DNA of 64,000 nucleotides from Squalus acanthias (GCA_030390025.1 CM059437.1:86304001-86368000), one strand, 5' to 3'. Positions 1-13,605 are shown, numbered from the stretch's first letter. A program made the numbers and translations. The notes: generated from the letters alone by a model not told the origin.

Positions 1-1119
1 GCGACAAAAGTCTAGGGAGAAAATAACACCTGGTTGTCCTGTCAGTTAGCATAGCACTGAAAAAAGAATCCTACTCATCGAACAGCGTTTAAAAGTATTT
101 TCTACCCACCATAGCGAAGGAGTTGATGTTTGAGAGCAGGCTAACATTTTAGATAATGGCAGCAAAGCAGTCTTGTTTTCCTGATGGGCACAATAGGCTG
201 TGTAAATGATACATAGCCCCATGTACAAACGGCGCACAGTTTTTGAGCATTGTGTATATTGTGACATGTATCTGCTGTCCTTTTTACACTGTACTTTGAA
301 CTGAAAAAAATAAACAGTTTACATCAGTAAATTCACTTCAAAAAGGGTATAGGCTCATAGCAAGTTCTAGCTTGCAGCTGTTGATGAGGCTTTAGATAAA
401 ATCTTTCATCAATTAGAGTTTAACTTCTGTGGCGCTCGTATGCACTGCCAAAAATACAGCAAAAAGCCATTTGTTTTTTCTCAGGCAGTTGGAGGAGGCA
501 TTTGGCCCAGAAGTTAGAGGATGATGTAATCCTCTTGCAAAATGTCTGGTCAGCATGATCATTGTCAGTGTGTTCTGTCTAGAGAAGTTGAGAAAGGTGA
601 CTAAAGATATCTTTTTAGGATCATGACTGAGTATTTGCTGTAGCGCCTATTGTCTCTGAGGCGCTACTTGTTTGTGGCAATGTCTTGTAACCAAGATTCT
701 CTGTAGGCAGAAATGCATTCATATAGGCACCTGGCTGACTTATCTATGATTCCCACAAGGAAGAGTTTATTTAAAAATAGACTTAAATATTTTGACTGAC
801 TTGGGCTAAAAGTATTATTTAATTAACAGCCCCCCGCCAACCCTTTTAGTACTAATACAAAGTTGGACTGTAAACATGGCAGGAGATAGAGACTTACCTG
901 GCAGGATGGAGATGGTAAGCTTGCAAAATAGAAAATTGTTTAATGTCAAGTCTTCAGGACGTTGCACAACTTATACTCTTTATGGCATACTTCAGGCCCT
1001 GACTTGGAGATCTGGAAATCTGCTTCATTATAAATCCAGTACTGACCCATAAATTGGAGAGACTTCCAAGTCTTTTTTAAAATCCATCCAATAAATTGAT
1101 ATGTTTTTGGGTGAATAAA

Positions 1120-1495
1120 ATTGGTTTCCTTTACTTCCCTTTTCCTGTTCTCTCGCCTGCCCACACGGGCAGGGGCACAGTTCTGTGTACACCGGTGGTG
1201 TTCCAGTACCTCATTCAGGTGGCCTGTGAGGATTGGCAGGCTACACAACCAAGTGGGAATTGCTGCTGAGCCACATCCTGTCCTTGCCCAAAACCCACTT
1301 CCAGAAGTGATTGAATAGCTATGAAAAGCAGCAACCCTGGCTGATTTTCCACTCCCTACACGAGGACACTGAATTGTAGCACAACCACTGCCACCCTGGT
1401 TGACATTACCTAACTCAGCAGAGCCAGGGGACCGAACCTTGGATCTTTCTGGTCAGTGTTCTCCAGCTACTCGCTTTCTTAACCAGTTGAGCTGT
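1120..1495 (-). mobile_element. tRNA-derived SINE, abundant old family (called family A here)
   Basis: Shares core motifs (gtacctca..aagtggcc, cctggctgattttc, ctaactcagca..ccaggg..cgaacct) with about 15 other copies in the window. A tRNA B-box-like head lies on the minus strand. Confidence 0.7.
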
Positions 1496-1955
1496 TGGAA
1501 AATGATTTCTTTTTCACTGATGCAACTACGATCTGTGCTCAGGGCTAAATTAGTCTGATGAAAGTGGGTCATTTTGCAAATGGATTGCTTTTCAGAATCA
1601 ACAGTGGTCCTGCACGTTTATCAACAATAATATCAACACAGTCCTCAATGGGACTGGGGTTACCAGCTTTTGACTTTACGCCAAATCACTGGAGGCATAC
1701 TGACAAATCATTTAGATGAATGCTAATCTACTTGTAGGGAAGTGCAAGACTTTAAGCAGACTGCATTTAATGCCACATAGAGTTTGAAGGATTGCTAATT
1801 TGGCTATGGCAGATTATGGGTGATGTAATGCTTCTCCTTAACCTGCAGATGTGATGCATCTCAATATCCATCTTTTGGGTATTTTTCTTACATTTAATTT
1901 CTTTGATTCACTAGTAGATCTTGCAGAGTTGCTCACAGGCTGAGGAGGCCCATAA

Positions 1956-2320
1956 AAAGAAAGAACTGGCATCTATGTAATACTTTTCACATCCTCCTGG
2001 TGTCCTAAAGCATTTCACAGGCAACTAATTCCTTTTGAAGTGTAATCACTCTTATTCTGTAGGGAAATGAAACTTCCACACAACAAGTTCCCACATACAG
2101 AAACAAAAGTTACTAGTTAATCTCTTTCAGTGGTGGTGGTTAGGGGAACAGCCAGGCAGGGTCTCAGTTTAACATCTCATCTGAAAGACAGCACCACCGA
2201 CAATGCGGCACTTTATTGGTACCTGAACAGGCAGATTGTGCCTCGGTTTAATGCACCTCCAAAAGATAGCACCTCTGACAGTGCGGCACTCTTTTAGTAC
2301 TGCACTGAAGTGTCAGCCTA
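1956..2320 (-). mobile_element. Deu-domain SINE, partial, with an internally duplicated Deu segment
   Basis: catctcatctgaaagacagcacc..gacaatgcggcact occurs twice (about 2173 and 2255); same family as 38608-39069. Confidence 0.7.
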
Positions 2321-2689
2321 GAAGGAGAATGTCAGCAAAGATTGAGGGTGGAAGCGTGTGTCAGGATAGAGCTGAGGCTGTGCTGGTGCTGAAAAGTTAG
2401 GGGGGTTATGTTCCAATCTTTACTTTTTGTATATCTGCTGGGTTGACTACAGATTGAAGCAGGAACCTGTCATGATGGTTGAAAGAGAGTTAAACCTTTT
2501 GTTCCTACTATATAGTTTTTCGCAGTAGAAACACCAAACGAGTCACATAATAAGAAAAACAACTGTGTCCTGTTTCATATTAGAAAAACTGAACCTAACA
2601 GAAGCAGGAGGAGATTTTGCTTCTTCCCGCCCCCCCCCCCCTCCCCCTATTATGTCGGTGGTTGTTTTACACTTGCAAATAGCTGAAAA

Positions 2690-2942
2690 TGGGGCCAGTC
2701 TTCACATGTATACTGATGACACCCAACTGTTGCTGTGCTGTACAACATTAAGTCGTTGATGAGCCAGAAATTTTTACAGCTCAACATTGGTAAGACCAAA
2801 GCCAACTGTTCAGCTCCTGCCAGAAACTCAGTATCTTTTGTACTAATTTCCCTCTAACCCCTGCTCAGATCTAGCCTCCAGTTGTGAAGTGTGTTGGGAC
2901 ATTCTGTGGGACTTAAAGTGTTTATATAAATGTAAGTTGTTG
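2690..2942 (+). mobile_element. L2-like LINE fragment (RT motif plus 3' tail)
   Basis: Encodes SLHMYTDDTQL (YxDD motif) and ends in tatataaatgtaagttgttg. Confidence 0.65.
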
Positions 2943-2989
2943 AGCTAATCACAAAACTGGGACATAAGGTAACATACACTTAAATATTT

Positions 2990-3370
2990 ACTCCCTCCAC
3001 CACTGGCACAACGTGGCTGCAGTGTGTACATTCTACAAGATGCACTGCAGCAACTTGCCAAGGCTTCTTCAACAGCACCTCCCAAACCCGCGACTTCTAC
3101 CACCTAGAAGGACAAGGGCAGCAGGTGCATGGGAACGCCACCACCTCCAAGTTCCCGTCCAAGTCGCACACCATCCTGATGTGGAAATATATCACCGTTC
3201 CTTCGTCGTTGGGTCAAAATCCTGGAAATTCCTACCTAACAGCACTGTGGGAGTACCTTCACCACACGGACTGTGGCGGCTCACCACTACCTTCTCGAGG
3301 GCAATTAGGGATGAGCAATAAATGCTGGCCTCGCCAGCGACACCCACATCCCGTGAATGAATATAAAAAA
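2990..3370 (+). mobile_element. LINE 3' fragment (ORF2 C-terminus and 3' UTR)
   Basis: LINE-like ORF end (AAVCTFYKMHCSNLPRLLQQHLP...SKSHTILMWKYI...KSWKFLPN). Its 3' tail ggcaattagggat..caataaatgctggcc..ccacatcc..aaaa is shared with the SINE at 19205. Confidence 0.75.
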
Positions 3371-5840
3371 TACACAGGAAAATGTTATACATAAATAGGG
3401 ATCGCAGGAGGGTGACACTGAAACGGAGGCCCGTGGCTTGCTTGTGCCACTCTCCCCTGTTTACCTCGGTTGGTACTGCCACTCCAAATCAAGGTCTCTT
3501 GGAGGCTGGTTTTTCAAAATGGACCTACACTTTGTGTACATGCACAAACAGGCCAGAATCTCCAGAGATAAACAGCCTGCATTTGAGCGTTTTAATCTGC
3601 ATACCTTAAATCTGCCAGTTTACAGATTGATAGAAGGAAAATTAGAGGGAGAATTGTAGGTGGGGTTATTTCCACTCCAGTGCTACTAGCCAGTTGTACA
3701 GTTCCTTTGGTACAGACACGGGACGGGCTCTAGTGCCTATATTCTTGCCTTAGGGCTAAGGAGTGGGGTAGAATGAATAGAGAAAGGGAAGAAAGAAAGA
3801 AATGCATTCTTAAACTATTTTAAATCTCTCATGTTATTAATAGATAATCGGAGAGCGGGTTACGTAATGGGACACGAAGGGGAGCGGAGCAGATCAGTCA
3901 GGTTGGGAATGCAACACAAGACCAGGGAGTAGCACAGTTGGGCAAAGTGGGAACTCCAGCAGGGAAGGCGTGGGACATGGAGCCTGAGTTGAAGCAGGGG
4001 TGGAGCGGAGTTGGTTATCTGGGAGAAGAGGTTTTCCTGAGGCTGTGGGTGAGAATGGTGGGTGGAGGAGTGTTGGAGCTGTAGCGCACATAGTATGATT
4101 GCACTCTGATTGTATTACAGACTCCTACATATAATTAGTTCATTGTTTTTCCTCAGTTCATGCTCTGACTTGTTCTTTTATGCAACAACAAAAGCCACTT
4201 GTGACTACGTTTCAAAAGTAATTAATTTATAGTGAAATGCTTTACGACGCCCTGAGGATGTGAAAGGCGCTATATAAATGCAAGTTATTTGTTTTCTTCC
4301 TTTACTATGTACTTTGAGTCCTGACAGAACAATATTACAACTGAAACAAAAACAATTTGAACGATTTCATTTGTTTCCCCTTCTCCTTGCTAGCTTTTTT
4401 GTTGGTAGCTGTTTACTGATGGCTGAGTTTTGATTTTTGCACTTGCTTGATATTTGTTCAATGGTAAGTTTACTACCTGTTCAGTTGTGATTTGTTTTTA
4501 TGAATGATATTTTAATCGGGTATTCGTCTGTCATACATTCCTTGTGTGACACTTTCAAGTGCGTCACTTTTGAGTTGTGACGAACATACGATAGGCAAGC
4601 GTTTTAATTATATAGTGTCCTCAGTCAGATTCTGTCTCGTTAGGGTGATTGTGCACTTGATTACAAAATGTGTTTAATTTAGGTCTCCTAGTGGCAAGTG
4701 GGGTATACAAGCACCTAGGAGAGTCTTACTACCACTTACAATTGCAAATGATTTGGAAAACCTGATTACAGTCTGGAGGGTTTGAAGAGGTGAAGCTGAT
4801 GAAACAAGTTGTTGTTGTGAGCACACAGGAACAGGTTAGTCAGTGCTTAGAAAGGCAGTAATGGCCTAGTTGGCTGATCAGACATCATCAATTAAATTTT
4901 AGTTGGGTTGGTGATTGTTTTCCTCTATTTTCCCATTCCTCTTCAGTTTAAAATTTGCGGCCTAGGATAGTTGTAGTTGTGACTAGACAAATGTAGAACT
5001 TTTTTTCTATTTTAAGATGAATAACTAAATGTCACTTCTTTCATGAATCTGTTTCCTTTTTGATTGTTGATTGATGTTTGCTGCTTTCCAAAGGCATAAA
5101 AGACATAATTTTATATTTAAGGGTGCTTTTATCCTGCAACCATAGTATTGTGAAATGGTTTCCAGCTTGCAGCAATGCTAAAGTTATATTACAACTACAG
5201 AGAAGTGGTGTAACGTGTCATTCCCACCCTCAGCAGCAGGTAGTCTCATGCAGTTTGGGTTTAACCTCACATGAAGAATGACTCAAGTGCAGTGTCAAAA
5301 TGCTCAAGGAATTTCTTGGCCCTCACAGAGCACTTTTCATACTCACCTGCGTTTTAAATGTTTAGAAAGGGCAGGCAGCCCCTCCCGTGTTCTCTAATCA
5401 TTTAAATTTTTGGCTGCAGTATAAAAGATGTGCTGCACATGTGTAAACATGCATACGATGAGCTCTGTCTTGGGCAGGAGAAGTGCAGTTGGATTTAGCC
5501 AGTATAAATAAGGAACCGTCCTGCTAGAACTGATAGTTGCTAACAGATGCACCACAAAAACCTATGTCTGGATTCTATAGTTCAGCTCCCCTAAAATGTA
5601 ATTATATTCAAATAAGTTTCAGCCAAAAGACAACTGTAAACCTTGAATTATTCAATTCAATTAATAGTAAATGCTTTTATTATATAATATAAAGAAACGG
5701 TTTCCTTTGGATGCAGTAGTTCCTGTTTTACCATTTTTGTTTGTTTAACCAACTCCTCATTGCAGACAGACGTTCAGAATAAAAGTCAACACCAAGAAAT
5801 CGGCAATTTTTTTGCACTTGTATTAAGAATAATCTTGGGC

Positions 5841-6160
5841 AACAACAACTTGCATTTATATAGTGCCTTTACCATAGTAAAATGTATCAAGGCACTTCAC
5901 AGGAGCGTTATCAAACAGAATTTGACTCCGAGCCACATAAGAGGAGATTAGGACAGGTTGGACAAGTAGGTAGGTTTTAAGAAGCGACTTAAAGGAGGAT
6001 AGAGAGGCGGAGAGGTTTAGGGGTTGAATTCCAGAGCTTGGGGTCTAGGCAGCTGAAGGTACCGATGATGGAGCGATTAAAATCAGGGCTGTACAAGAGG
6101 CCATGCAGAGATCTCGGCGGCTTGTGGGGCTGGAGGATGTTAGAGATATGGAGGGGCAGT
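5841..6160 (-). mobile_element. L2-like LINE 3' fragment
   Basis: Begins with the reverse-complement tail aacaacaacttgcatttatatagtgccttt. Similar copies lie at about 21151-21340 and 51045-51370. Confidence 0.7.
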
Positions 6161-6239
6161 GAAGTGATGCAGCACCTTAGAGTGCCATGAAAGGCCTAAT
6201 ATTTGGTTCAATCGCCAGTCTGCTCAGTTCCTAGTGTAG

Positions 6240-6866
6240 GGTTGATACTGCAGTGCCTCCCAGACAGGAGGGAACAAAACTGCTCACAGTACTCTAGGAG
6301 TTGTCTAACCAGGGTTTTGTATAGCTGCAGCATGACTTCCACCCCCTTATATTCTAGTCCTCTGGAGAAAAAGGCCAGCATTCCAATAGCCTTTTTGATT
6401 ATTTTCTTTACCTGTCCATGACATTTTAATACTCTATGTACATGAACCCCGAAGTCTCTTTCGACCTCCACTGTTTTTAGCTTTTCACCATTTAGAAAGT
6501 ACCCTGCTCTGTCCTTTTTTAGGTCCACAGTGGATGATCTCGCACTTGCCCACATTGAAATCCATTTACCACGGTTTTGCCCATTCACTTAATCTATTAA
6601 GATCTCTTTGTAATTTTAGGCTTCCATCTACACTGCTTACAAAGCCACCTATCTTTGTATCAATGGCAAACTTGGATATGTGGGTTTCTATCCCATCATT
6701 TAAGTCGTTAATGAACACCGTGAATAGTTGAGGCCTCAACACAGATGCCTGTGGGACGCCACTAGTCACATCCTGCCAATTAGAGTTCCTGCCCATTATG
6801 CCAACTCTCTGTCTCCTGCTGTTCAGCCAATTTCCTAACCAGGTCAATAATTTGCCTTCAATTTCA
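6240..6866 (-). mobile_element. CR1-clade LINE RT fragment
   Basis: Frameshifted minus-strand ORFs with RRQRVGI...VTSGVPQASVL.PQLFTVFINDL...SKFAIDTK and LQLYKTLVR.LEYC.QF. Confidence 0.92.
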
Positions 6867-8802
6867 TGAGGGGGTAGAAAACTGGAGGGGAGGCAAAAGC
6901 CTGGGCAGGAATCCACACCATTTAGCTATCAAATAAAGGGGTATTTGCAGAAATTCAGGAACAGGCCAACTGGCCCCCACCCCCGTCCTCTTAGCAGCAG
7001 AAGCATAAAACTCAGGTAAATTGAGGAACCAGGGAATAATTTAAAATGACAAATTTACATAAAAATAAAACTGTTTTAATATTTTCATTAACTCTCTTTG
7101 CATTCCCCAACTTTTTCTATGCAGTGTTTATAGTGAGCAACTTTGTAAATTAAATTATTTGCATTTCCTCTCTTCCCCTGTCCCCACCCAACCCGACATT
7201 AAACAGAATAGTGGATATAGCGAGCACTCGGTGTTTTGCGTAACTAGTGATTTTGGTTTGTAGCACAAATTGAAAAAAATATATATATATTTTTAAATCT
7301 TGTGTATGCGTGCAGTTCCTGTTGTCACAATTTTTGCTCACGCTTTTATGTTAACATTTTTAATAGGAGTGGCAGAAAACGTCTGGAGTAGGAATGGGTG
7401 TTTTTTTTAAATTGTCTTACTATCTCTTGTCTCAGTCCACTGCAAAAGGCTGACCGTGCCAATTCTGGTAACCAAGTTCCAATTTGTAATAAATTGGGCA
7501 GGGAGAGGTGAAGGAGCTGAGCACATTTGTTGTGGAAAAAGGGCAAAACAAAACCTTCACCTGTAGCCTCCAACTGCAAATTTTCCAATTGTTTTGATCA
7601 TTGTCATAAATTGAGCACCCAGTGTAAAATCCAGGCTGCGTCTTGTGCAACAATTACTGCTGCCTGTGGTAAAATCTGAGGTACCCTTCTCCCCACCCAC
7701 TTCTTACTCTGGTTAACATGACAAAAAAAGGTGGGACCTATTCATGGTACTTGATTTTTATTTGTATAATACGTGCCTCGTTGTTCAGCAGTGTCAAAAT
7801 CTGCAGATCTTTTTTTCAAAAATAATTAAAAACTAAAGATGACATGGTTTCGACACATAGGTCCTGCTTGTTTTTTACTCTTGGAATTGTGGGTTTGTTT
7901 TTGAGGTTGTATCGAATCATTCCTCACTAAATTTGGCTTGACCAGCTTCCGCCTTCACTATCACCCGCGTCTGCTTCTCCCTCACCCTCATTGCCAGTGA
8001 TGTGCTGAACTTTCTCTCTGTCAGAGGTGCCATACTGTAAAAGTTCTTGTAATGACACATGTATTTGGTGGGGACAGTGGTGAGATCAGCAATGTCATAG
8101 ATAACAGGGAAATCAATGTAATTTGGGGGAAAAAAAGTTTTTTTTTTTTAGATGGATTTCCCTGCCTCCTCCATTGTGTTAATACGATGATACACACATT
8201 TATTCTGTGGACCATTATTAACATTTTGCTTGGGATTGAGAAGCAATGTAGCCAAACAATTTTTTTTAAACAATGCAAGTTTATGGTAACCAGCAAATGG
8301 ACAGTTTGAGCCCTTTCCCTAGTACCCTAGTCTCATCACATCTGTAAGAAAACATATTTTATCAACTAAATTCAAAAGCAGAACTTGATTTAATTCCTGT
8401 TCTTAGGATGATTGGTGCTTATGTTAGTTCTGTTTTTGTGCACTGACTGACTGCTAAGTTTTGGCAAATTTGTGCTGTGGGATTGTGTCCTCTAGGGACT
8501 GGATTAAGACTTGTTTCCAGCACCCAGCGTCAACGTCAGATACTTCTCGATCAGGTATACCATGGGCAAGATGCAGAGTAAAGCTCCCTCTACTATGGTG
8601 ACCTATTTGGGCAGCTCACTATTGCAGTGAAATCGTGTAACGGCCCCTCTAAAGAATATAATGGTTAAACAGTAAACTTGAGAATCTGGATTGAGGTATA
8701 GGAGGGCAATGATATGACTGCCCTCCTGTCACTCCATTCCAAAAAATCTAAACAATATTAAAGCTTTTAAGAACTGGAGTTTTACAAAATATTAGATATG
8801 TC

Positions 8803-9409
8803 GGGCTGGATTTTCATTGACCCATGGAGGTGGGTTTGGAGGCGTGTGGGGGGTTAAAATTGCGAAAACTGGTGGGCGGGCACAAGCCCGCCTCCACGTA
8901 ATTTTCATTAAATCGTGTCTGCTGGTCTCGACTCGTCCCGCCTCCAAGCACTAAATTGCCTCTATAATGCCATTTTGAAAGGCCTTTGTGATTTTAACCC
9001 TTTTTCTACGTGAAGCACGCCTGTTCTAAACCACGAATGTGAAACCTGGCGGGAGCACATTTGGATAGCTGTGGATAGCTGACTATCAGCTGCAGGTCCA
9101 CTATTACAACGGAGATGCTGTAGTAGGAGGAGGAGGAGACATATCTGGGAGCTCATTTTGCATCCATGTCCTCTCACAGCAAAGGCCAGGCAGTCTTTGC
9201 AGACCTTCAATGCAGCAGCAATGATGACATCATCACAGGCGACTTTCAGACTGAAAACACTAATTGGTTCATGGGTTCCCACATGCTGGAACTCAATTGC
9301 CCAATTAGGTGAAAATCGCATTAATCTCCCACATCCGATTGCAGTCGGGTGGATAACACGAAAAGTGGATGACACGACCCCAACCCGCCCCAGTATCAAA
9401 ATCCAGCCC
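8803..9409. mobile_element. PIF/Harbinger-type MITE
   Basis: Perfect 12-bp TIRs GGGCTGGATTTT / AAAATCCAGCCC; 3-bp TSD GTC on both sides (8800-8802, 9410-9412); no coding capacity. Confidence 0.85.
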
Positions 9410-9694
9410 GTCATCTTTTTTGTGAATATCTAACTACTCCAGATATGAGCAATAATATATCTTTGTTTACAAACACAGATAAAGGTTACATTTGGTTTTC
9501 TGTTGCTTTCAAGCTATATGTAGTCTGTCAGAATCAGGACTTCATGTTTGTAATACCAGCAGTTTTGGCTGACATGGAAAACGTGCTCATTTATGTTGAC
9601 ATTGGAGCCTTTTGCTGTTTCGAAGCATGGACAGAGCATTTGGAAATTAGTGTGGCATTTTAAAATGTGTATATATAAATTGTTTCTGTTCCAG

Positions 9695-9828
9695 ACCCTC
9701 GCTGGGCATCAATAAACAGGGGTGTTCTGACCTGTGATGACTGCTGCAGTGTACACCGCAGTCTGGGCCGGCATATCTCTCAGGTACGACACCTGACGCA
9801 CACACCCTGGCCTCCCACGCTGCTACAG
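9695..9828 (+). CDS. GIT2: GIT2 exon 2 (ArfGAP domain, second Cys pair and arginine finger)
   Basis: ttccag| ... |gtaagg; 134 nt; translates (D)PRWASINRGVLTCDDCCSVHRSLGRHISQVRHLTHTPWPPTLLQ, matching the GIT-family ArfGAP. Confidence 0.97.
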
Positions 9829-9879
9829 GTAAGGAATACTTTGTTTTGTAATCATAGCCTCTTAATGAGTGCAGATTTG

Positions 9880-10172
9880 CTGCAAGAGTTCATTAGGGAG
9901 CTGGACGAGTTCCTGCCTAAGACTGATATCACTGTGTACAAAATGTAGGTGGAATGTTGGGGTGATGTGGTCTCCTGGAACTCATCCTTTGGGGATCAAA
10001 GAGGAATTTCCCAGAATTGGCTGTGTTTTTTAAATTGCGCCTCTCGGGAGATTACATGGCTGCTAATGGATGCAGAGCATCGAGGGTCATAATGCTTAGT
10101 TGCAACATGACTGTGGGACAGGCTCGATGGACCAATTGGTCTTTTTCTGCCCATGAGTTTTGTGTTCTCGTA
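9880..10172 (+). mobile_element. Old CR1-like 3' end
   Basis: Ends in gggacaggctcgatggaccaattggtctttttctgcc..tgtgttctcgta, a CR1-type 3' stem-loop and tail. Confidence 0.5.
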
Positions 10173-10499
10173 TAACTGGAAGAATGCATATTCCTCAATC
10201 TCCAATCTTCCATGATTTAATTTACTGCTTCCTTGGTGTATCTGGTCCTTTTTTTGAAACCAATTGGATCTATTAGCTATCCAACTGGTGCAGTCAGTAA
10301 CAAAGATCTATTTTATTTAATTCTTAGAATTTTTTTTGCAGTTGAAGTTCAAGAACACACTTTTGGCTAGTGAAAAATTAATTAAGTGAATATTTTTCAA
10401 GTGTGCAGTCACTTGACATAGTAAGTAGGTGCTCTAACCACTTAAATAATGGTAAGATGTGTGTCTATGGCCATAGTTATCTATTTGCTAAATATCTGA

Positions 10500-10577
10500 T
10501 CCATTTCCATTGTAAAGCTGTTGAGCGGCCTGTGCAGGACCTCCAGTCCGCGGCTGCGCAGCTTAACTGGAACATTG
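10500..10577. mobile_element. hAT-type MITE, one-end fragment
   Basis: Matches the right half of 30401-30563 and ends gcttaactggaacattg. Confidence 0.6.
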
Positions 10578-11526
10578 GTCACATGTCTTCAAAGGACTGG
10601 CAATCCCAGACTGCTCAGTTCTATTTGTGTTTATATTTCCATTTTTGACCTGTTTGAATTTTGTAGGCCTGACCTCGTTGGTGGATAAACCCTTAACCAG
10701 TAACTTGAGATGTCTGAAAATTAATGGGAACATGATGTAAACGTTATATGTGGCTCCTGTGGCATCACAGCATGTATCTTTGTAGTCCAAAGAGAAAAGT
10801 GAGTCAGGAAAGCGGATAGGAGAAAAGAACCTAAAAGAAGGAATCTTCTTCATGAAAAATAAATAGATCCTAATTAGAGCAGCAGTAGCTACTACTGCTG
10901 TTTTACTGCTGCTTTCCTAATCTTTAGTGTGCTAGGATCATTTGACACTTTATGGAGTGCTAAAAATGGACACTCCTTACTGATGACGGGCCTTTTTCAA
11001 TTCATGCTCCGTCTGAGGATGACTAATAGTAACATTTTTACCCCGTGTGTGAGCACTTTTCAGCAATCGTGTGAGGGTTCTGAGGTCACTAGTCTGCTGG
11101 ATCACTTTAATCATGCTTTGTAAAAATCCATGGGGTCTTAAGCAGATTACTTCAACACAACTGTTGTGGTTCTTGATCAAGATTATTGTGCTTAACCTAC
11201 ATTGTACTATTATTCTGTATTACAAGGGTTCTTTCACTAAAGACAGTCATTTCTATAAGTCTAATTGTGGATCTGCCAGTTGTTAAGATATCTGATAATG
11301 TGCTATTGCATATTCCATACCCCAACACTTCCCTCCAGCTTGAGATATTTTAGGTCCTGCTTATCCACTGTTTTCTTCAAACAATCTAACTGAGGAAAGC
11401 ATTGAGTCTCCAGATGAGAAGAAAATGTCCAGGGTAGAAGCCCACATCATTTTGTAAAAGTGTTAATAGGAAAAATGTGAACATTGTATTCCAGCCCAGT
11501 CTTTTTAAAAATATTTTTCATTTCAG

Positions 11527-11639
11527 ATGGTACAAACCCTTGTTAGCAATGGTGCCAATTCAATCTGGGAGCACTCCTTGCTGGATCCTACGTCTGTAAT
11601 GAGTGGGAAGCGCAAGGCCAGCCCGCAAGACAAAGTACA
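11527..11639 (+). CDS. GIT2: GIT2 exon 3 (ArfGAP domain)
   Basis: tttcag| ... |gtgagt; 113 nt; MVQTLVSNGANSIWEHSLLDPTSVMSGKRKASPQDKV(H). Confidence 0.97.
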
Positions 11640-13225
11640 GTGAGTATATCTGATCCTGCTTAGTGTGTATATTTCATACACAGTTCATATTAGCACGACG
11701 AGTAGATTTAGCAGTTTAGGTGTGATTGGTCCAACTAATCAGTAAAGGCATCTCGAGCAGGTAACTTTTTGTGCATGCTTTTACAAGTTGCCTCCAACAA
11801 ATTTCTGCACATGTACGACATTGTTTATTGGCTTTTGGTTCTGCAGTCTTAACTTTGAGCCTTGTATCCTCATCTGAAGACTGAAAAATGTTTCCAGTCT
11901 GTTTCTTTGTTATCAATTTACACAATGCCTGATAATGGTCAGATGCAGCAGAAAGCTTGTCTTAGACCACCCCAAGTTATAAGTCTTATTCCCTCTTGAT
12001 ACTCTAACATTTCAATGTCCCATAATTATTCTTATGGTCTCTTCATGGTGCCAGTCAGTATTCCAATAGAGGGGACCTCCTGGTTGAACCTCGACTAAAA
12101 CTGTTTATTCTTTGAGGTAAAAACTCAGTTAAAGTTGAGACTCGTTCTGTCTCCATTACAAATTTTCCTGGTGTAATAGAAATTAAATTGAGCTGTAAAA
12201 CGATTAAACTACCTTTTTTGTTGTCTGAATATTAACAATTTGCAGGGGTTAAACATTCCATTGCCTGAGCTATACATATATGTTCCCCCCAACCCCCAAC
12301 TTTCCCTTGGAATTGGGAGGATGTTTCTGGAGCCACATACAGGCTTGTGAAAACCAGACTTGCAAAAAGTGAGTAATACTGCATTAGTCATTTATGAAAC
12401 GAGCATTAACAGTTGAAAACTTGCTTTTCAAAATCTCTGGTTGCAGAAACCTAGTACTGCAACAATATTACAGTGAGCAACCCTGTATACTTGGGCCCAG
12501 GATCAGAATGTTTGCAGAATGTTACATAGCTCTTAGTCAGTATCTCCACTTCTTTAAAAGAAAAATCGGAGAAACTGGGTGATGTTACAGGTTAGACACT
12601 GGTCTTTCAGCTGTGGGAGCTCGCGTCAATTTTAGCCCAGTCTTACGGTTTACACGTTTCCTCTGTCTGCTTGCTGTAAAGGTCCCATGTGAATAAAATA
12701 GATACTTGCATTTATACAGCATCTTGTCATATTGTTGCAATGTCCCAAAGCACTTGTGTGAACACAGTGAAATGAGTTTGGACAGTCTCAATCCAGTTTC
12801 TGGAGGGCATCAGCCCACAGCACAAAGCTGCTGCCAATTCAGCACTTGTGAACATTATATTCACTCCAGTGCCACAGAATGGCTGGTGTGGGGCAATAGG
12901 AAAAATGTTACATTGGTACTGTCATGTGTTCTGTTAAGAAGTTGCACCTTTGGCACATTACGGGGACAGTTGAGACAATTAAGACAGAGTGGAGAGTGCA
13001 TTATTTTTGTGTCTGTATCTTGGGATGCCTGAAATAGGGAAGTGTTCCATTTCCCAGTGCTAACACCCCTCACTGTGATGAGCGCAAATTTCGCATAAGG
13101 CTGTTCTTCCCCCCCCCTGCAAATCAACTATTTTATTTGGTGTTCCAAATGTATACGTATGTATATATGTTTAAAAACATGCTTGCTTTGTCAAACAAAT
13201 TGGTCACTTTTTTTTAATCTTTCAG

Positions 13226-13331
13226 CCCTAATAAATCAGAGTTTATCAGAGCCAAATATTCGATGTTAGCATTCGTCCATCGCTTGCCGTGTCGTGAGGA
13301 TGACAGTGTTGCAGCCAAAGACCTGAGCAAA
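13226..13331 (+). CDS. GIT2: GIT2 exon 4
   Basis: tttcag| ... |gtaagc; 106 nt; PNKSEFIRAKYSMLAFVHRLPCREDDSVAAKDLSK. Confidence 0.97.
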
Positions 13332-13605
13332 GTAAGCATCTTAACAGAAAGCATCAGTTAAATGAAAACTTCAGAACATTTCCTTGGAAGAAAGGATGCG
13401 AAAGTTGTCTGAGCTCCTCCAGTGCATGTGGCTGAGTTTAAATTTGCTTTGTAGTAGTGTATTACAATAGAAGTGTTTAATGTAGCTATTGCGTCAAAGA
13501 GAGCGTTTTGAGTTAAGCATGAGTTTAGTTATTGTGAATGCACATTTCCATTCTGTTTGGGAATGCTGCTGTTAATCGGGTGCACTATTTTTCACTGACT
13601 TTGTC

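Noticed and set aside
6868-7640. Possible further Harbinger MITE starting GGGGTAGAAAA
   Set aside because: I could not pair it with a matching right TIR or TSD.
1-9694. GIT2 exon 1 or promoter
   Set aside because: I found no sequence encoding the expected N-terminus (MSKR...CADC) and no CpG island, so this stretch is taken as intron 1.
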